A program made the position numbers and the translations under genes. Below, in pieces: positions 1-11,100 of a stretch of DNA of 64,000 nt (within the stretch, counting starts at the first letter, position 1; every line of letters begins with the position of its first letter). Under the pieces are notes generated by a model. It made no database searches. It was not told the DNA's origin and saw only the letters and a list, made by a program, of their open reading frames with translations. Source of the DNA: a virus. Location of the stretch: the IMG/VR virus record IMGVR_UViG_3300042945_003044. One strand, written 5' to 3'.

Positions 1-1
1 C

Positions 2-631
2 GCCCTATTAGAAACAAATAGTGAAATTAATAAGTCTATATTATCTGGCATAGCAGATCATATGAGAGAGACTATGGTTAAGTCTCAACCATCTATATTG
101 GAAGATATTCGCGGTTTGATAAGAGATGCTTTGAAACAAGAACCAGAATACTCATCCTTAACAAGCGGTAAGCTACGAGCAGAGTTAGGTATTCCAAATC
201 CGTCGATAGTGGATTCTATTGTCAACAAAATAGCAGACACAGTTACTATATCTATGAATCCTGTTAGGGCTACAAATAGAGGCGTTTTAGGCGGATTCAC
301 ATTAACTGCCATATCTTCTCTAGATATCGGGGGTTTGATAGGAGATCCCGACGCTTTTGTTCAGGATAGCTTAAATGGTTATTCTTTACCTTGGCTAGAA
401 TGGCTCATGCTAAGAGGTACTTCTGAGATAGTTAAAAATTATACCGTTGATATGACATCGAATCCTAATTCCAGAAGCGGTATGGCACTGATGGTTACAG
501 ATACTAATTCGTGGAGAGTCCCTTCTGAATTTGCGGGAGTCGCAGAGAATAATTGGTCTACTAGAGCAATAGAGCGCATTGAAAAAAATATACCCACCAC
601 TATTCAAACACATATTGAAAAGAATTTATGA
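2..631 (+). CDS. Putative neck/head-tail joining protein, 5'-truncated by the window edge
   Basis: Frame is open from position 2 to the ATG at 62, so the gene probably starts before the window. Lies two genes upstream of the tail tube gene; its stop overlaps the next ATG (ATGA 628-631). Function from synteny only. Confidence 0.5.
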   Translation, partial: ALLETNSEINKSILSGIADHMRETMVKSQPSILEDIRGLIRDALKQEPEYSSLTSGKLRAELGIPNPSIVDSIVNKIADTVTISMNPVRATNRGVLGGFTLTAISSLDIGGLIGDPDAFVQDSLNGYSLPWLEWLMLRGTSEIVKNYTVDMTSNPNSRSGMALMVTDTNSWRVPSEFAGVAENNWSTRAIERIEKNIPTTIQTHIEKNL

Positions 632-1563
632 CAAATCTATTTCATAATATTTCAGATATATCGTCTTCTCCTTCTATATCTACATTAGAAGAGAATATAA
701 AACTATTTTTAGATTATGCCTTATTAGAAATTGGCGGATTTATCAATATTAATAAGCCATCATCTGGCGCTCAAACTCAAGGTCTTCATATCTTAAACTA
801 TGTTAATGACCCAGCTATGCTAGGCAGGGTTTGGGAATCTAATAAAAAAGATTGGGTATATGAAACCGAAGTGGCTTATAATGGCGTTTCCCCCAATAGT
901 CCGTCCGGAATTTATATAAATGACACATTTGTTCCCATAACCGACACAGGTCCTTTCTCATATAAGATTAACTATCCTTTGGGTAGAGTTGTTTTTAATA
1001 GTCCCATGAGCACTAGTCTAAAGGTTGAAGCAAGCTATTCGTATAGATATATTCAAACCTATATACCCGACAATGCCCCATGGTTTAAAGAAATACAAAA
1101 ACAGTCTTTTGACAAATCTCAGTTTCAATTTTTTGGCGATAGTTTCATAACAGCAAATCATAGGGTTCAACTACCTTGCATAATTATAGAACTAGCCCCT
1201 AGAACTATTCTAGCTCCATATGAACTAGGAAATGTTAAAAACTATATTACTCAAGACGTATTATTCCATATTCTAACAGAAAATACTAATAAGTCTAAAA
1301 ATATAGCCGATTTATTGTTAATGCAAAAAGATAATACTTTCAATCTACTAAATCTGAGAAAAATAGCTATTGATAACCTTTCTGATGTAGATTATATCGG
1401 CCAAAAAAATCCAAATAGACAGGCATATAGACTATTGTCTGAAAATATTAATTATATTACTAATAAATGCATTATAAAAAACTCTACTATAAATGGGTTT
1501 TCTTCGTTGACTAGTAATTTATATAGCACATTAGCAAGATGGACCATAGAGATTTTCCCCTGA
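628..1563 (+). CDS. Putative tail completion/terminator protein
   Basis: 311 aa, directly upstream of the tail tube gene. C-terminal 'VQLPCIIIE...QDVLFHILTEN...IADLL' resembles tail-terminator-type proteins; 'YKINYPLGRVVF' is a common virion beta motif. Confidence 0.55.
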   Translation: MTNLFHNISDISSSPSISTLEENIKLFLDYALLEIGGFININKPSSGAQTQGLHILNYVNDPAMLGRVWESNKKDWVYETEVAYNGVSPNSPSGIYINDTFVPITDTGPFSYKINYPLGRVVFNSPMSTSLKVEASYSYRYIQTYIPDNAPWFKEIQKQSFDKSQFQFFGDSFITANHRVQLPCIIIELAPRTILAPYELGNVKNYITQDVLFHILTENTNKSKNIADLLLMQKDNTFNLLNLRKIAIDNLSDVDYIGQKNPNRQAYRLLSENINYITNKCIIKNSTINGFSSLTSNLYSTLARWTIEIFP

Positions 1564-1575
1564 TTTGATTTTTTA

Positions 1576-1584
1576 GGTGTATTT
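1576..1584 (+). promoter_or_regulatory. Candidate phage late promoter GGTGTATTT
   Basis: Intergenic, about 40 nt upstream of the tail tube ATG (RBS GGAG near 1612). The same core recurs at 20398, 29089 and 30317. Confidence 0.5.
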
Positions 1585-1623
1585 GATTATTGACCAAGCC
1601 AAAATTAACATGGAGATATTCAA

Positions 1624-2622
1624 ATGAGTAATAAAAGAATTTTTTACGCTTGCCAGGCAATCGAAATTCAGCCAATAGCCGCAAATGGTACAACAAGTAC
1701 AGCTGTTAAGCCCAAGGGTGTACAGAGCGTTGGAATGAACACCAACTTCAATCTCGAAAAGATCTTCCAGCTTGGTCAAATCGATCTTTATGATAATATC
1801 GAGAACAATCCCGAAGTTGAAATCACAGTCAATAAAGTATTTGACGGAACCGTACCTGTTTATCTTTTAGCGATGGGTGGCGGTCAGGTAGAGGGCAATA
1901 TAGGCGATTTTGCCAACAACAGAGCAAATGTTAAGCTTGGCATCTATAGTGATACCGGCGCCCTAGCTAGTGGCACAGCACAGCACACAGTAACATGCAC
2001 AGGCATGTATGTTTCCAGTGTTGGTTTTACCTTCCCAACCGATGGTAATGCTACAGAAGATGTTACCTTAGTTGGCAACAGTAAGACTTGGAGCGCTGGT
2101 GGTCTCAGTGCTTTCGTACCAAGTTCCGGCCCATACACAGCCCCAGCCACAGCTCGCAGATGGAAGTTCAATAGAGCAGAGAGCGTATTTCCTACTGGCG
2201 CAGGTGGTATAGGTAGTACCGCTCCTATTCAAAGCGTATCAGTAAATGCTGACTTTGGTAGAGAGTCTATTTACGAACTTGGTTCGTATACTCCATATCA
2301 TAGATACGTCAATTTCCCCGTTGAAGTCACTTCGGAAATTGAGGTTCTTGCTACTACTGGTGATTATTTAAACATCAGCGAAGCCACATATTCCTGCACC
2401 GGAACAGGAGAGGGTAGAGTACAAGATAAAGAAATTAAATTTGTTATTTGCGGTAGTGGCACAGGAGATAATCTAACTATCGATCTTGGCAAGAAAAACA
2501 AGATCACTTCTGTAAACTATCAAGGTGGAGATACTGGTGGTGGTAATGCTACAATTACTTATAGCTTTACTACAGATAACTACCTTAAGGTCACAGCAAA
2601 CGGCACCTTCGAGTCTGTTTAA
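1624..2622 (+). CDS. Major tail (tube) protein
   Basis: 332 aa, Gly/Thr/Ser-rich and beta-rich, with two tube-like halves ('GVQSVGMNTNFNLEKIFQLGQ' and 'IQSVSVNADFGRESIYELGS'). Good RBS; upstream of chaperones and TMP. Confidence 0.75.
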   Translation: MSNKRIFYACQAIEIQPIAANGTTSTAVKPKGVQSVGMNTNFNLEKIFQLGQIDLYDNIENNPEVEITVNKVFDGTVPVYLLAMGGGQVEGNIGDFANNRANVKLGIYSDTGALASGTAQHTVTCTGMYVSSVGFTFPTDGNATEDVTLVGNSKTWSAGGLSAFVPSSGPYTAPATARRWKFNRAESVFPTGAGGIGSTAPIQSVSVNADFGRESIYELGSYTPYHRYVNFPVEVTSEIEVLATTGDYLNISEATYSCTGTGEGRVQDKEIKFVICGSGTGDNLTIDLGKKNKITSVNYQGGDTGGGNATITYSFTTDNYLKVTANGTFESV

Positions 2623-2684
2623 TTTTTGGTTGATTCTAGTCGGTTATATAGGAATAAAAGGACGGACATTTATTAGGAGAATGT

Positions 2685-2828
2685 ATGGAAGAACTATTTC
2701 AGATTATAGGACGACTATATACCGATATGTATAATATGCAAAAGTATATGGAAGTATTACAGAATAAACTTAAAGAACAGGAACAGGAGCTTCTGGCGCT
2801 TAAAAATAAGGGCGCGCAAAACGACTAG
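2685..2828 (+). CDS. Small coiled-coil protein (47 aa), not in the ORF track
   Basis: AGGAGA RBS at 2675-2680, ATG 2685, TAG 2826-2828. Translates as MEELFQIIGRLYTDMYNMQKYMEVLQNKLKEQEQELLALKNKGAQND and fills the gap up to the ATG at 2833. Confidence 0.7.
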   Translation: MEELFQIIGRLYTDMYNMQKYMEVLQNKLKEQEQELLALKNKGAQND

Positions 2829-2832
2829 ATAA

Positions 2833-3870
2833 ATGATTGATCCGGATATTGCTTTATCTTTATATAGAATTTTTACTGGGGCCCTATTTTTTTATTATGG
2901 TGGAGAGCAGTACGAACTAAGGTCTCCATCCAAAGAGATAAGATATAAAGCAGAGTTGTTATATAATAATATAATTAATGAAGAAAAATTTCATAATTGG
3001 ATTAGAGAAGAGAATCTTATTCCGACTATGATATCGTTAGGCGTTTGGCATATGAATACAGATAATTTGATCAAACAGCTAGAGAATAAATTAGATGCGT
3101 TAAAAGTTGACCTATATACTGATAGATTAAAGACTAAAGAAACCGAGAATAATAGAAAAAAAATTAAAACAACTCATAAAGAAATAAATAAAATAAGCAA
3201 CACCAAACTAAATTTTCAGGCCAATACCCTAGAAGGATATGCCAGCTCTATAAAGAACGAATATATAATATGTTCAACTTTATATAAAAATAATAAAAGG
3301 GTTTTTTCTAATTCGCCCAAAGACTCAGCCTCGTATGTTCATTTTAATAATATAGTAAACGAAATTAATTCCTATGTACTCTCTGTATCAGATTATAAGT
3401 CCATAGCCAGAAGCGCTTTATGGAAATCTTATTGGAATTGTGGGAATAAAACATCGATATTTTGTAAGTATACTATAGACTTGACAGATGAACAAAGGTC
3501 TTTATTAAATATTAGTAGAATGTATGACAGTATATATGAGCATCCAGAATGTCCAGAAGATATTGTTATAGAAGATGACGATATGCTGGATGGATGGATG
3601 ATTATCCAAAAGAAGAATAATGAACAGGCTAAAAAACAAAAATTAGGAAACAAAAACGCTAAGATAGAGAATGCTTCTGAAGTTTTTTTAATGACGGACG
3701 AACAGGATATTGGAAAGGTATTAGATCTAAATACCGATCAATCAAAATTTGTATTACAGGAAAAACTAGGATATATCAATAGCAATAAAGGATCGGAAGT
3801 AGAAGATTTTAATTTGCCGGATGTACAGAGAGACTTAATTACAAAAGCACAAAGCATGCGTAAACAATAA
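2833..3870 (+). CDS. Putative tail assembly chaperone (paralog of 4187-5071)
   Basis: 345 aa, helical, between tail tube and TMP; shares collinear motifs with the 4187 ORF. Confidence 0.55.
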   Translation: MIDPDIALSLYRIFTGALFFYYGGEQYELRSPSKEIRYKAELLYNNIINEEKFHNWIREENLIPTMISLGVWHMNTDNLIKQLENKLDALKVDLYTDRLKTKETENNRKKIKTTHKEINKISNTKLNFQANTLEGYASSIKNEYIICSTLYKNNKRVFSNSPKDSASYVHFNNIVNEINSYVLSVSDYKSIARSALWKSYWNCGNKTSIFCKYTIDLTDEQRSLLNISRMYDSIYEHPECPEDIVIEDDDMLDGWMIIQKKNNEQAKKQKLGNKNAKIENASEVFLMTDEQDIGKVLDLNTDQSKFVLQEKLGYINSNKGSEVEDFNLPDVQRDLITKAQSMRKQ

Positions 3871-3882
3871 GAGAAAGTTTTT

Positions 3883-4197
3883 ATGAAAAATAAACAAGAG
3901 CTAATCAAATCTATAGAGAAAAGAATACAAACTACTATGATAGGGGCTTTGGCCAGATTCGAAGAGAATTTTGGTCATTTATGGAATACAGAAGAGGATT
4001 CTGATGAGGCCGAAAGATTTTGGACAATTTGGGAAAACACCAGAAATCAAGTTTTGAATAATGGTAATAATCAGTTGAGATCAGCTTTAGACGATTTGGG
4101 GAATTATTTGTATAGCTCTGGCAAGCAAGATAAACACAAACATCCGTATCGATATAAATTCTATTTTAAAGATGGAGATAGCAGCAATGAAAACTAA
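3883..4197 (+). CDS. Hypothetical protein (104 aa, helical)
   Basis: Intact ORF in the tail operon, overlapping the next gene. Confidence 0.7.
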   Translation: MKNKQELIKSIEKRIQTTMIGALARFEENFGHLWNTEEDSDEAERFWTIWENTRNQVLNNGNNQLRSALDDLGNYLYSSGKQDKHKHPYRYKFYFKDGDSSNEN

Positions 4198-5071
4198 AAC
4201 TTTTAAGGTTAAGATCAACGATAGTGATAGAGAAGTACTGGTTCGTACCCCTTCTTTAAATGACCAGAGAGAAGCTCAAAAGGTTTATAACCAGGCCTTT
4301 ACAGACGCTATAAAGAGCAAGAGCGTGGTTCGGGCCAAGCTCGATGACTTACTAGAAGATCAGGGACTATGGAATGCTGAAAAGCAAAAGAAGTTTAACG
4401 AGCTTCAAAAGGAGCTACTAGAGGGCGAAAAGAAACTAGCTAAGGGCGGATTTGGCCTAAATGAAGCTAAGGATCTTGCCATTCGCATGAAGGTTATTAG
4501 AGACGAAATCAGAGATTTAATAAGCGTACGAACCTCTTTAGATAACCATAGTGCAGAAGGACAGGCAGATAATGCTAGATTTAATTATTTAGTATCATCA
4601 TGCGTGGTGTATAATGATACCAAAGAGACTGTTTTTTCTAGCTTGGAAGACTATATGAATAGAGCCACAGAAGAGGTGGCAATATTGGCCGCCCAGAATT
4701 TGGCTAATATGTTATATGGTTTGGATAACGATTATGAATCTAACTTGCCAGAAAATAAGTTCCTTAAAAAGTATAGATTTGTTGATGATAAATTAAGACT
4801 AGTGGACAAAAAAGGAAGACTGATAGACGCGGAAGGCAGGCTAGTCAATGAAGACGGTAGATTTATTGATGAAGAAGGCAATTTTGTAGATAAGTTCGGC
4901 AATAAGGTAGATAAAGATGGTGATTATGTTGTTGACCCTCAACCGTTTTTAGATGAAAATGGAAATCCTGTCATTTTGGACGAAGCAAACAATGATAAAC
5001 AAGAACCAAATACTGAATCTGACAAGACTACAGATCAGTCATCAACAGAAAACACAGAGTCTACCACATAA
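4187..5071 (+). CDS. Putative tail assembly chaperone with C-terminal DxxG repeats
   Basis: Likely start is ATG 4187 (GGAG upstream at 4174). Immediately precedes the TMP; coiled-coil core with an acidic tail. Confidence 0.6.
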   Translation: MKTKTFKVKINDSDREVLVRTPSLNDQREAQKVYNQAFTDAIKSKSVVRAKLDDLLEDQGLWNAEKQKKFNELQKELLEGEKKLAKGGFGLNEAKDLAIRMKVIRDEIRDLISVRTSLDNHSAEGQADNARFNYLVSSCVVYNDTKETVFSSLEDYMNRATEEVAILAAQNLANMLYGLDNDYESNLPENKFLKKYRFVDDKLRLVDKKGRLIDAEGRLVNEDGRFIDEEGNFVDKFGNKVDKDGDYVVDPQPFLDENGNPVILDEANNDKQEPNTESDKTTDQSSTENTESTT

Positions 5072-5100
5072 TTCTTTGTTGCTATCAGATAGTTTTCATT

Positions 5101-5146
5101 CAGAATCCCTAGCGTCTTTTATTGATTCTAGGGATTTTGTTTTTTA
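5101..5146 (+). terminator. Hairpin followed by a U-tract upstream of the TMP gene
   Basis: CAGAATCCCTAG (5101-5112) pairs with CTAGGGATTTTG (5128-5139) with one G-U pair; 15-nt loop; followed by a T run. Confidence 0.45.
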
Positions 5147-5171
5147 TTATCCTCCAATTGTATAAAATATT

Positions 5172-8100
5172 ATGTCACAATCGTTTAATTTAACAGCCCA
5201 GCTAAATTTAAGAGGACCATCTAATGTTAGAAATATTGTATCTGATATTAGAAGACAATTGGGGTCAATTTCCGCAGATGTGAACTTACGATTGGACCAA
5301 AATGCCTCACGCAATGTTACTCAGCTCAATGCTGCTTTAAGAAATCTTAACAATACTTTTGGCACTACTCAGACAGCGGCCAGAAATGCTGCAAATGCTA
5401 TTAGAGATTTTTCTCAGGCGGTCGGTAATGCCGGAGTGGCTAATTTACCAAGACAGCTCAATAATGTCGTTACCGCTACACAAAGAGTCGGAGCTACTAG
5501 CACCACAGCGGCCAGACAGTTAAATGTTGCTAGAACAGAAATGGAAGAGTTCGGAAGACAGTCGGCCTTAGCTATTAGAAGATTTGCTGCATTTAGCTTA
5601 GCCACCGGCGCCGTATTTTCTTTTACAGGAGCCATCAATAAAGGCATAGCCGCATTTATCGAGTTTGATAAAGAATTCGTTAAGCTGCAACAGGTTACAG
5701 GCGAATCTGCAGATGGTCTTAAGAGACTATCGAATACTATTACGTCATTATCTGTTGATTTTGGAGTAGCATCAGGAGACCTTATCAAAGTATCATCAAC
5801 ATTAGCCCAGGCCGGTTTAAGCGCCAAAGATACCGAGAGAGCATTAAAAGCATTGGCTCTTAGTGCTTTAGCTCCGTCTTTTGATGATATGAATAAAACG
5901 GTGGAAGGCTCTATTGCTTTGATGAGACAGTTCGGCATTGGAGCGTCTGATCTAGAAAAAGCGCTAGGCTCTGTTAACTCGGTTGCTGCCAGATTCGCAG
6001 TAGAAGCCAGCGATATTATAGCCGCTATTCAGCGTACTGGTGGAGTGTTCGCTTCTGCTAGTAATGGAGTTAGTCAGGGTACCGATGCTCTTAATGAGTT
6101 TATAGCGGTATTTACTAGTATACGAGCCACTACTCGTGAAAGCGCAGAAACTATTGCTACTGGTTTACGTACTATTTTTACTAGAGTTCAAAGAGGAGGA
6201 ACTATAGAGGCTCTGAAAGAATTCGGGGTTAATCTAACCGATGCAGAGGGCAAGTTCGTTGGAGCATATAAGGCTGTTGAGTTATTGTCTAGAGGATTAA
6301 ATCAAATAGATCCGAGAGATTTAAAGTTTTCTCAGATTGTTGAGGAGCTTGGCGGCTTCCGTCAGATCGGTAAGGTTATTCCATTAATTCAGCAATTCGG
6401 AACAGCCCAGGAAGCTTTGAAGGTAGCACAGACTGGGCAGGGGTCTTTGGCGGCAGACGCGGCAACAGCCCAGTTGTCCCTGGCTAATCAGATAGCCAAA
6501 GTAAGAGAAGAATTTACTGCTCTTGTAAGAGATATTGGTGGCTCAGATACTTTTCAGACACTGGCAAAGGGAGCGCTGCAGCTCGCTAGTGGTTTGATTC
6601 AAGTAGCGGATAGCGTTAAAGGAGTTTTGCCTATTCTTGGATTGATGATGGCCGTTAGAGGAGCTAGTGTAGCGACTCAATATGGTTCTGGTTTTATAGG
6701 AGGTCTTCGTAGAGGCAACGCTGGGGGAGCAGCTGCTCCTAGAAGAAATGCTTATGGGGGTTATATAAGTAGATATAAAAAAGGAGGACCAGTAGATGTT
6801 CCAGTTGCTTTGATGCCGGGAGAGGCCGTGGTATATCCTGAAGCGGTTAAAGAAGTAGGCGTATCTAAATTAAGAAAAATGAATTATGCAGACAGAAAAC
6901 CTATGGCCAAAGGAGGTAAGGTTGGATTGGTTCCAGGATCTGGCAATACCGATAGTTTTTATACTACTCTTCCAGAAGGTAGTTTTGTTATAAGAAAAAA
7001 GGCTACGGAAGCACTCGGTGGACCAGAAGGTATTTTAGGGTCTTCGGGTTATCAATACGGCGGTTCTGTGCAAAGATTCCGCGGAGGATCTTCTTCCGGT
7101 CTCAAGGAGACGCAAAGAACTCACATAGGACCAAAAGTTCCTCTTAGTTATCGAGAGGCGATGGCAGCGAAAAAAAGAGGCACCGGTTCACTAAAGGTGG
7201 TGAGTGGTAAAACAGAAAGACAAATTAATTTTGAACCCAATATATCTACGTTAATAAATCAGAGACTTAGAAGAAAGACAGGAAAAACTGGAGTTACTAA
7301 AAAAGAGTTAGTCGAAGACATCTCAAAAAGATCCCCCGAACAACTTTTTGGCGATGGAGGCGTACCATCTGTTATATTCAAAGAGTTGCTTGCATCAAAA
7401 AAGCTTGAGGGTCTTAAGACGGCCTTGTTGAGAGGTGTTAAGTCTAGATCTGTACCTCAGACTCTAAGATCAGACTCAGAATTAGACTTTATTCTGGAAA
7501 AGAATATTAAACCATATTTATCTAAAATTAATACTCAGGTCGGTAGTTTGTGGGATGAATTAATGCAGTACCAGGCGCTCACCAATCCTAGAGAGGTTGG
7601 TGGTCGTACAACCCTCCCAGCTGTTAAAAAGGTTTTAGGAAAATCTTTCGGCTCAACTTTTGCATCTGGAGGTCTTATACAAAAATTTGCCAGAGGTACC
7701 TCTAAGCCTTTGGAGGCCATGGGTAAGGCTGATTTACTTAAGGAAGCAGAAAGGCTAGGAGTCAATATTCCTATAGAGCTTAGACGTTTTCTAGATCCAA
7801 GAGCAAAGGGGTCTGAACAGACCAGAGCAAAGATCATTAAAGATCTACAAGAAAAAAGAACTATCACCAAAACATCCGAAGAGAATATTGCCAATAGGGC
7901 TAAAAACAGAAAATTAGCCGTTGTTGGACTACGAGGCGATACGTCCTCTTCTACCGTTACGACTCCGGGACTTAAAGATAAAACAGGAAGACAAAGATTA
8001 CGAGGGGTCCCAGCGACCCTGCAAACCGGCAGTCTACCAAATGATCTAGCGACACAAGTGGAAGATATTATACGTTCTCAATCAGAAAGCATAGTAGCTC

Positions 8101-11100
8101 AAATAGGTCAAGCTATTGCCAAAGCCGCCGGAACAACACCTATTACGGACCAAAAAAGAATTAGTGAAATTTTAACTAAACAGTTACCCAATTTATCTGG
8201 ATTGATGTTTGAGAGCGGATTGGCTGTTGCTGGGGCTCCATATGATCCTAAATCAAAAGCTATTGATTTTAATATGGGATTAGGTAAAAAATTAGCAAAC
8301 CTTTTTGGAGTAGATCCTAAAGCATTAACAGACGCCACAAATGATGCAACAAAAGAACAGGCTAAAAGAAAACTTACAAAAGGACAATTTGATAGAGGTC
8401 GTAGAGATAAGTTAAGGACTAAAAGATTATCTAGAGCTCTTGGTGGTTTTATAGCTATGGCTAAAGGAGGCATGCCTTTAGTAGACGATCTCCCCAACGC
8501 TCCTGGATCTATGTTGCCGATGCCTGGTATGAAACCTGGTTCTCCATTATATGAAATAATACGTAATGGAGGAGGGGCTATTGATTATGATAGGACTTTG
8601 CAAAGAACCACTGGAGATGCAGCATATGCAAGCGCAAAAACTCCAGAACAAAAAGAAGCGGTTTTAACCAAATATTTCAGAGACCCCCAAGCAAGAATCA
8701 AAGATGCTCAAAGTGCTAGATTAACACAATTTGGCAAACAATTACAAGAGCTAGTCAAAAAGGGCGTTATACAGCCGAAAAACTTATCTATAATTAGTAA
8801 ATCTAGTAGAACTCCTGGATTAGCTGAGCATATTAATCAATTATTCGGTATACCTGTTCAAAATATGGTATTTACCAGAGGAGGTAGCAAATTACCCGCT
8901 CTTGAAGCACTAAGAACTAAAGGGCCTAGAATAAATAGAGTAGCTAGGGCTTCTGGCGGAGAAGTCCCCATCATGGCTCAGGAAGGGGAATATGTTATTA
9001 ATAGAAAATCCGCAAAAGCTATAGGATATGGCAATCTTCATACATTAAATAAATATCATAGTGGTGGAATAGTACAAAGATTTGCTAGAGGTTCCGATTC
9101 TCCTCTTAAGATGGCTATGTCAGGGCAGGGTAGGGTTCAAATAGCCAAACAATTGATGGATCAGGGCATGTCTGCTGCCAAAGCATTGGCCGAGGCAACT
9201 AAAGCTATTGAGTCTATGTCTCAGGCGGCTCAACAAACGGCTGCGAGTCTTAAAAAACAATCTCAGAGCGTTGGTTACAGAGGTATGAATGTGTTAGCCG
9301 GTAGAGGAGTGGATATTACTACCGGAGGCGTTCTTGATCAAGCAAAAGAAAAAGAATATAGAGACAATCAAAGAGCTAATAGGGTTGTAAGGAGAGCTTC
9401 TAGAACAAGATTAGCTGTTGATACTAATGCTTATGGTCCTTTGCTGCCTGGCCAAAAGGGTGTTGTTACCAGAACTCCTAGCGCTATAGATAATGCTAGA
9501 AACGAAGCCGTTCAATCGGTATTAGGCAGAGAACGAGCTGGCGGAGCGGGTTCAGTAAAACAAATGATGAGAACTCAATTATCGAATGATAGAAGCTCCC
9601 TCAGAGACAGAGTAGCAGCAAGATTCAAAGACAGATACGATGCCGCGTCCGATCCAGCAGAAAAACAAAAGGTTCAAGATAGAGCTAACAAAGTATTTGC
9701 TAGAGCTAATCAATCATTAACGGCAAATGCTCAACAAAATTATGTACAGCAAATCAATGCTAAGATGCAGATTGCTCAACAAGCCGCTGCTGATGACGCT
9801 GCTGCTAGAATTCGTATTGCTAATTTTGCTAAACAAAGCGCCACTGCGGCACAACAACAGCCAACGCTATTTCAAAAAATTACTCAGGGAATTAGTAAAA
9901 TGGCGACGGCCGCACAAAAGTCTGCTGGTTTTGGCGGCGGATCAGGAGGAGGACTAATACCTTCTGGCAGCAGAGGAGCAAATATGATGGCCCAGGCTAG
10001 AGATGCTAGGGCTCAAGGTTTACGAGGTCAGGCTTTTAGAGATAGCATGGCAGGATCGGCTGGCGGAGGTATAGGTAGTAAAATAGGAAATGCGGCTATG
10101 GGGCTTTCCTTTGCCATACCAATGATCGCAGATCAGTTTACGACAGCAGACCCAAAAACAGCAGAGCAGGCTAAGAACAATGCTATGATATCTGGTAGTA
10201 GCACAGCTATTGGTAGCGCAGCTATGCTTGCCTCTATGGGTCCTGTTGGCATAGCTGCTGGTATAGTAGCCGGAGCAGCAGGATTAGCTAAAGCATTTAC
10301 AGACGCAGAAAATGCAGCAAATGATTTTAATAGAGGTTTAAAGGTAGATAAATTAGAGCAAACGCTTGAGGCAGCAGCCAAGTCCCTAGATAAATTCTCT
10401 AAAGACATAAAGAACAACGTATTTGCTACAGACGCCAAGAAAAATGTAGTAGAAGCCACTAAACAAGCCCAAGCTATCACAGACTCAGACTCACAAACAG
10501 TAAAAAGAGGACTATTTAATTTTTTTGACACTGCCGATAATGGTACGAGCTCAGAGAAACGAGCGGCAGCAGAAAGATCTCAAATATTGGATAAACAAGG
10601 GATAATGGCATATTTGCGTTCTACAGAGATGTTTGGTGGGGAAGACGCTAAATCCAACCGGGCGTTTTCAATGAGTCAAAATATACCAGAACTATCTAGA
10701 GAAAGAGCGAAGAATTTTACCGGAGCGGCTGATGCCTCCAGACAATTTATAACAAGTAAAATCAGATCAGGATCTTCTATTGAAGGTCTCAAATCGGACA
10801 AAGATTTTGCTGGTTTCACTAAAAGCTTAGCTCTTGCAGACGCAGCGCTACAAGAACAAATTCTAACTATACAAAATAATACTTCGTTAGAAGAAAATAA
10901 AAAGAAAGCTCTCATAGATAGTACTATTGCGACAGTAGCAGACGCTAAAGCCAGAGAAATTCAGTCTCAAACTCTAAAAGAGATGGATCTAGAAGCTCTT
11001 AGCAAGTCTACTATTGTTTTACAAAATAGCTTAGAGAGAATGTTTCAAAATATGGAACAGTCTATTATGGCGAATGCTTTTGCGCTAGATAAGCTTACCG

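Noticed and set aside
2525-2734. Alternative-frame ORFs 2525-2734 and 4953-5165 as possible frameshift extensions of the tube or chaperone genes
   Set aside because: No convincing slippery site was identified, the translations look non-protein-like, and the 2685-2828 ORF with a strong RBS explains the first region better.
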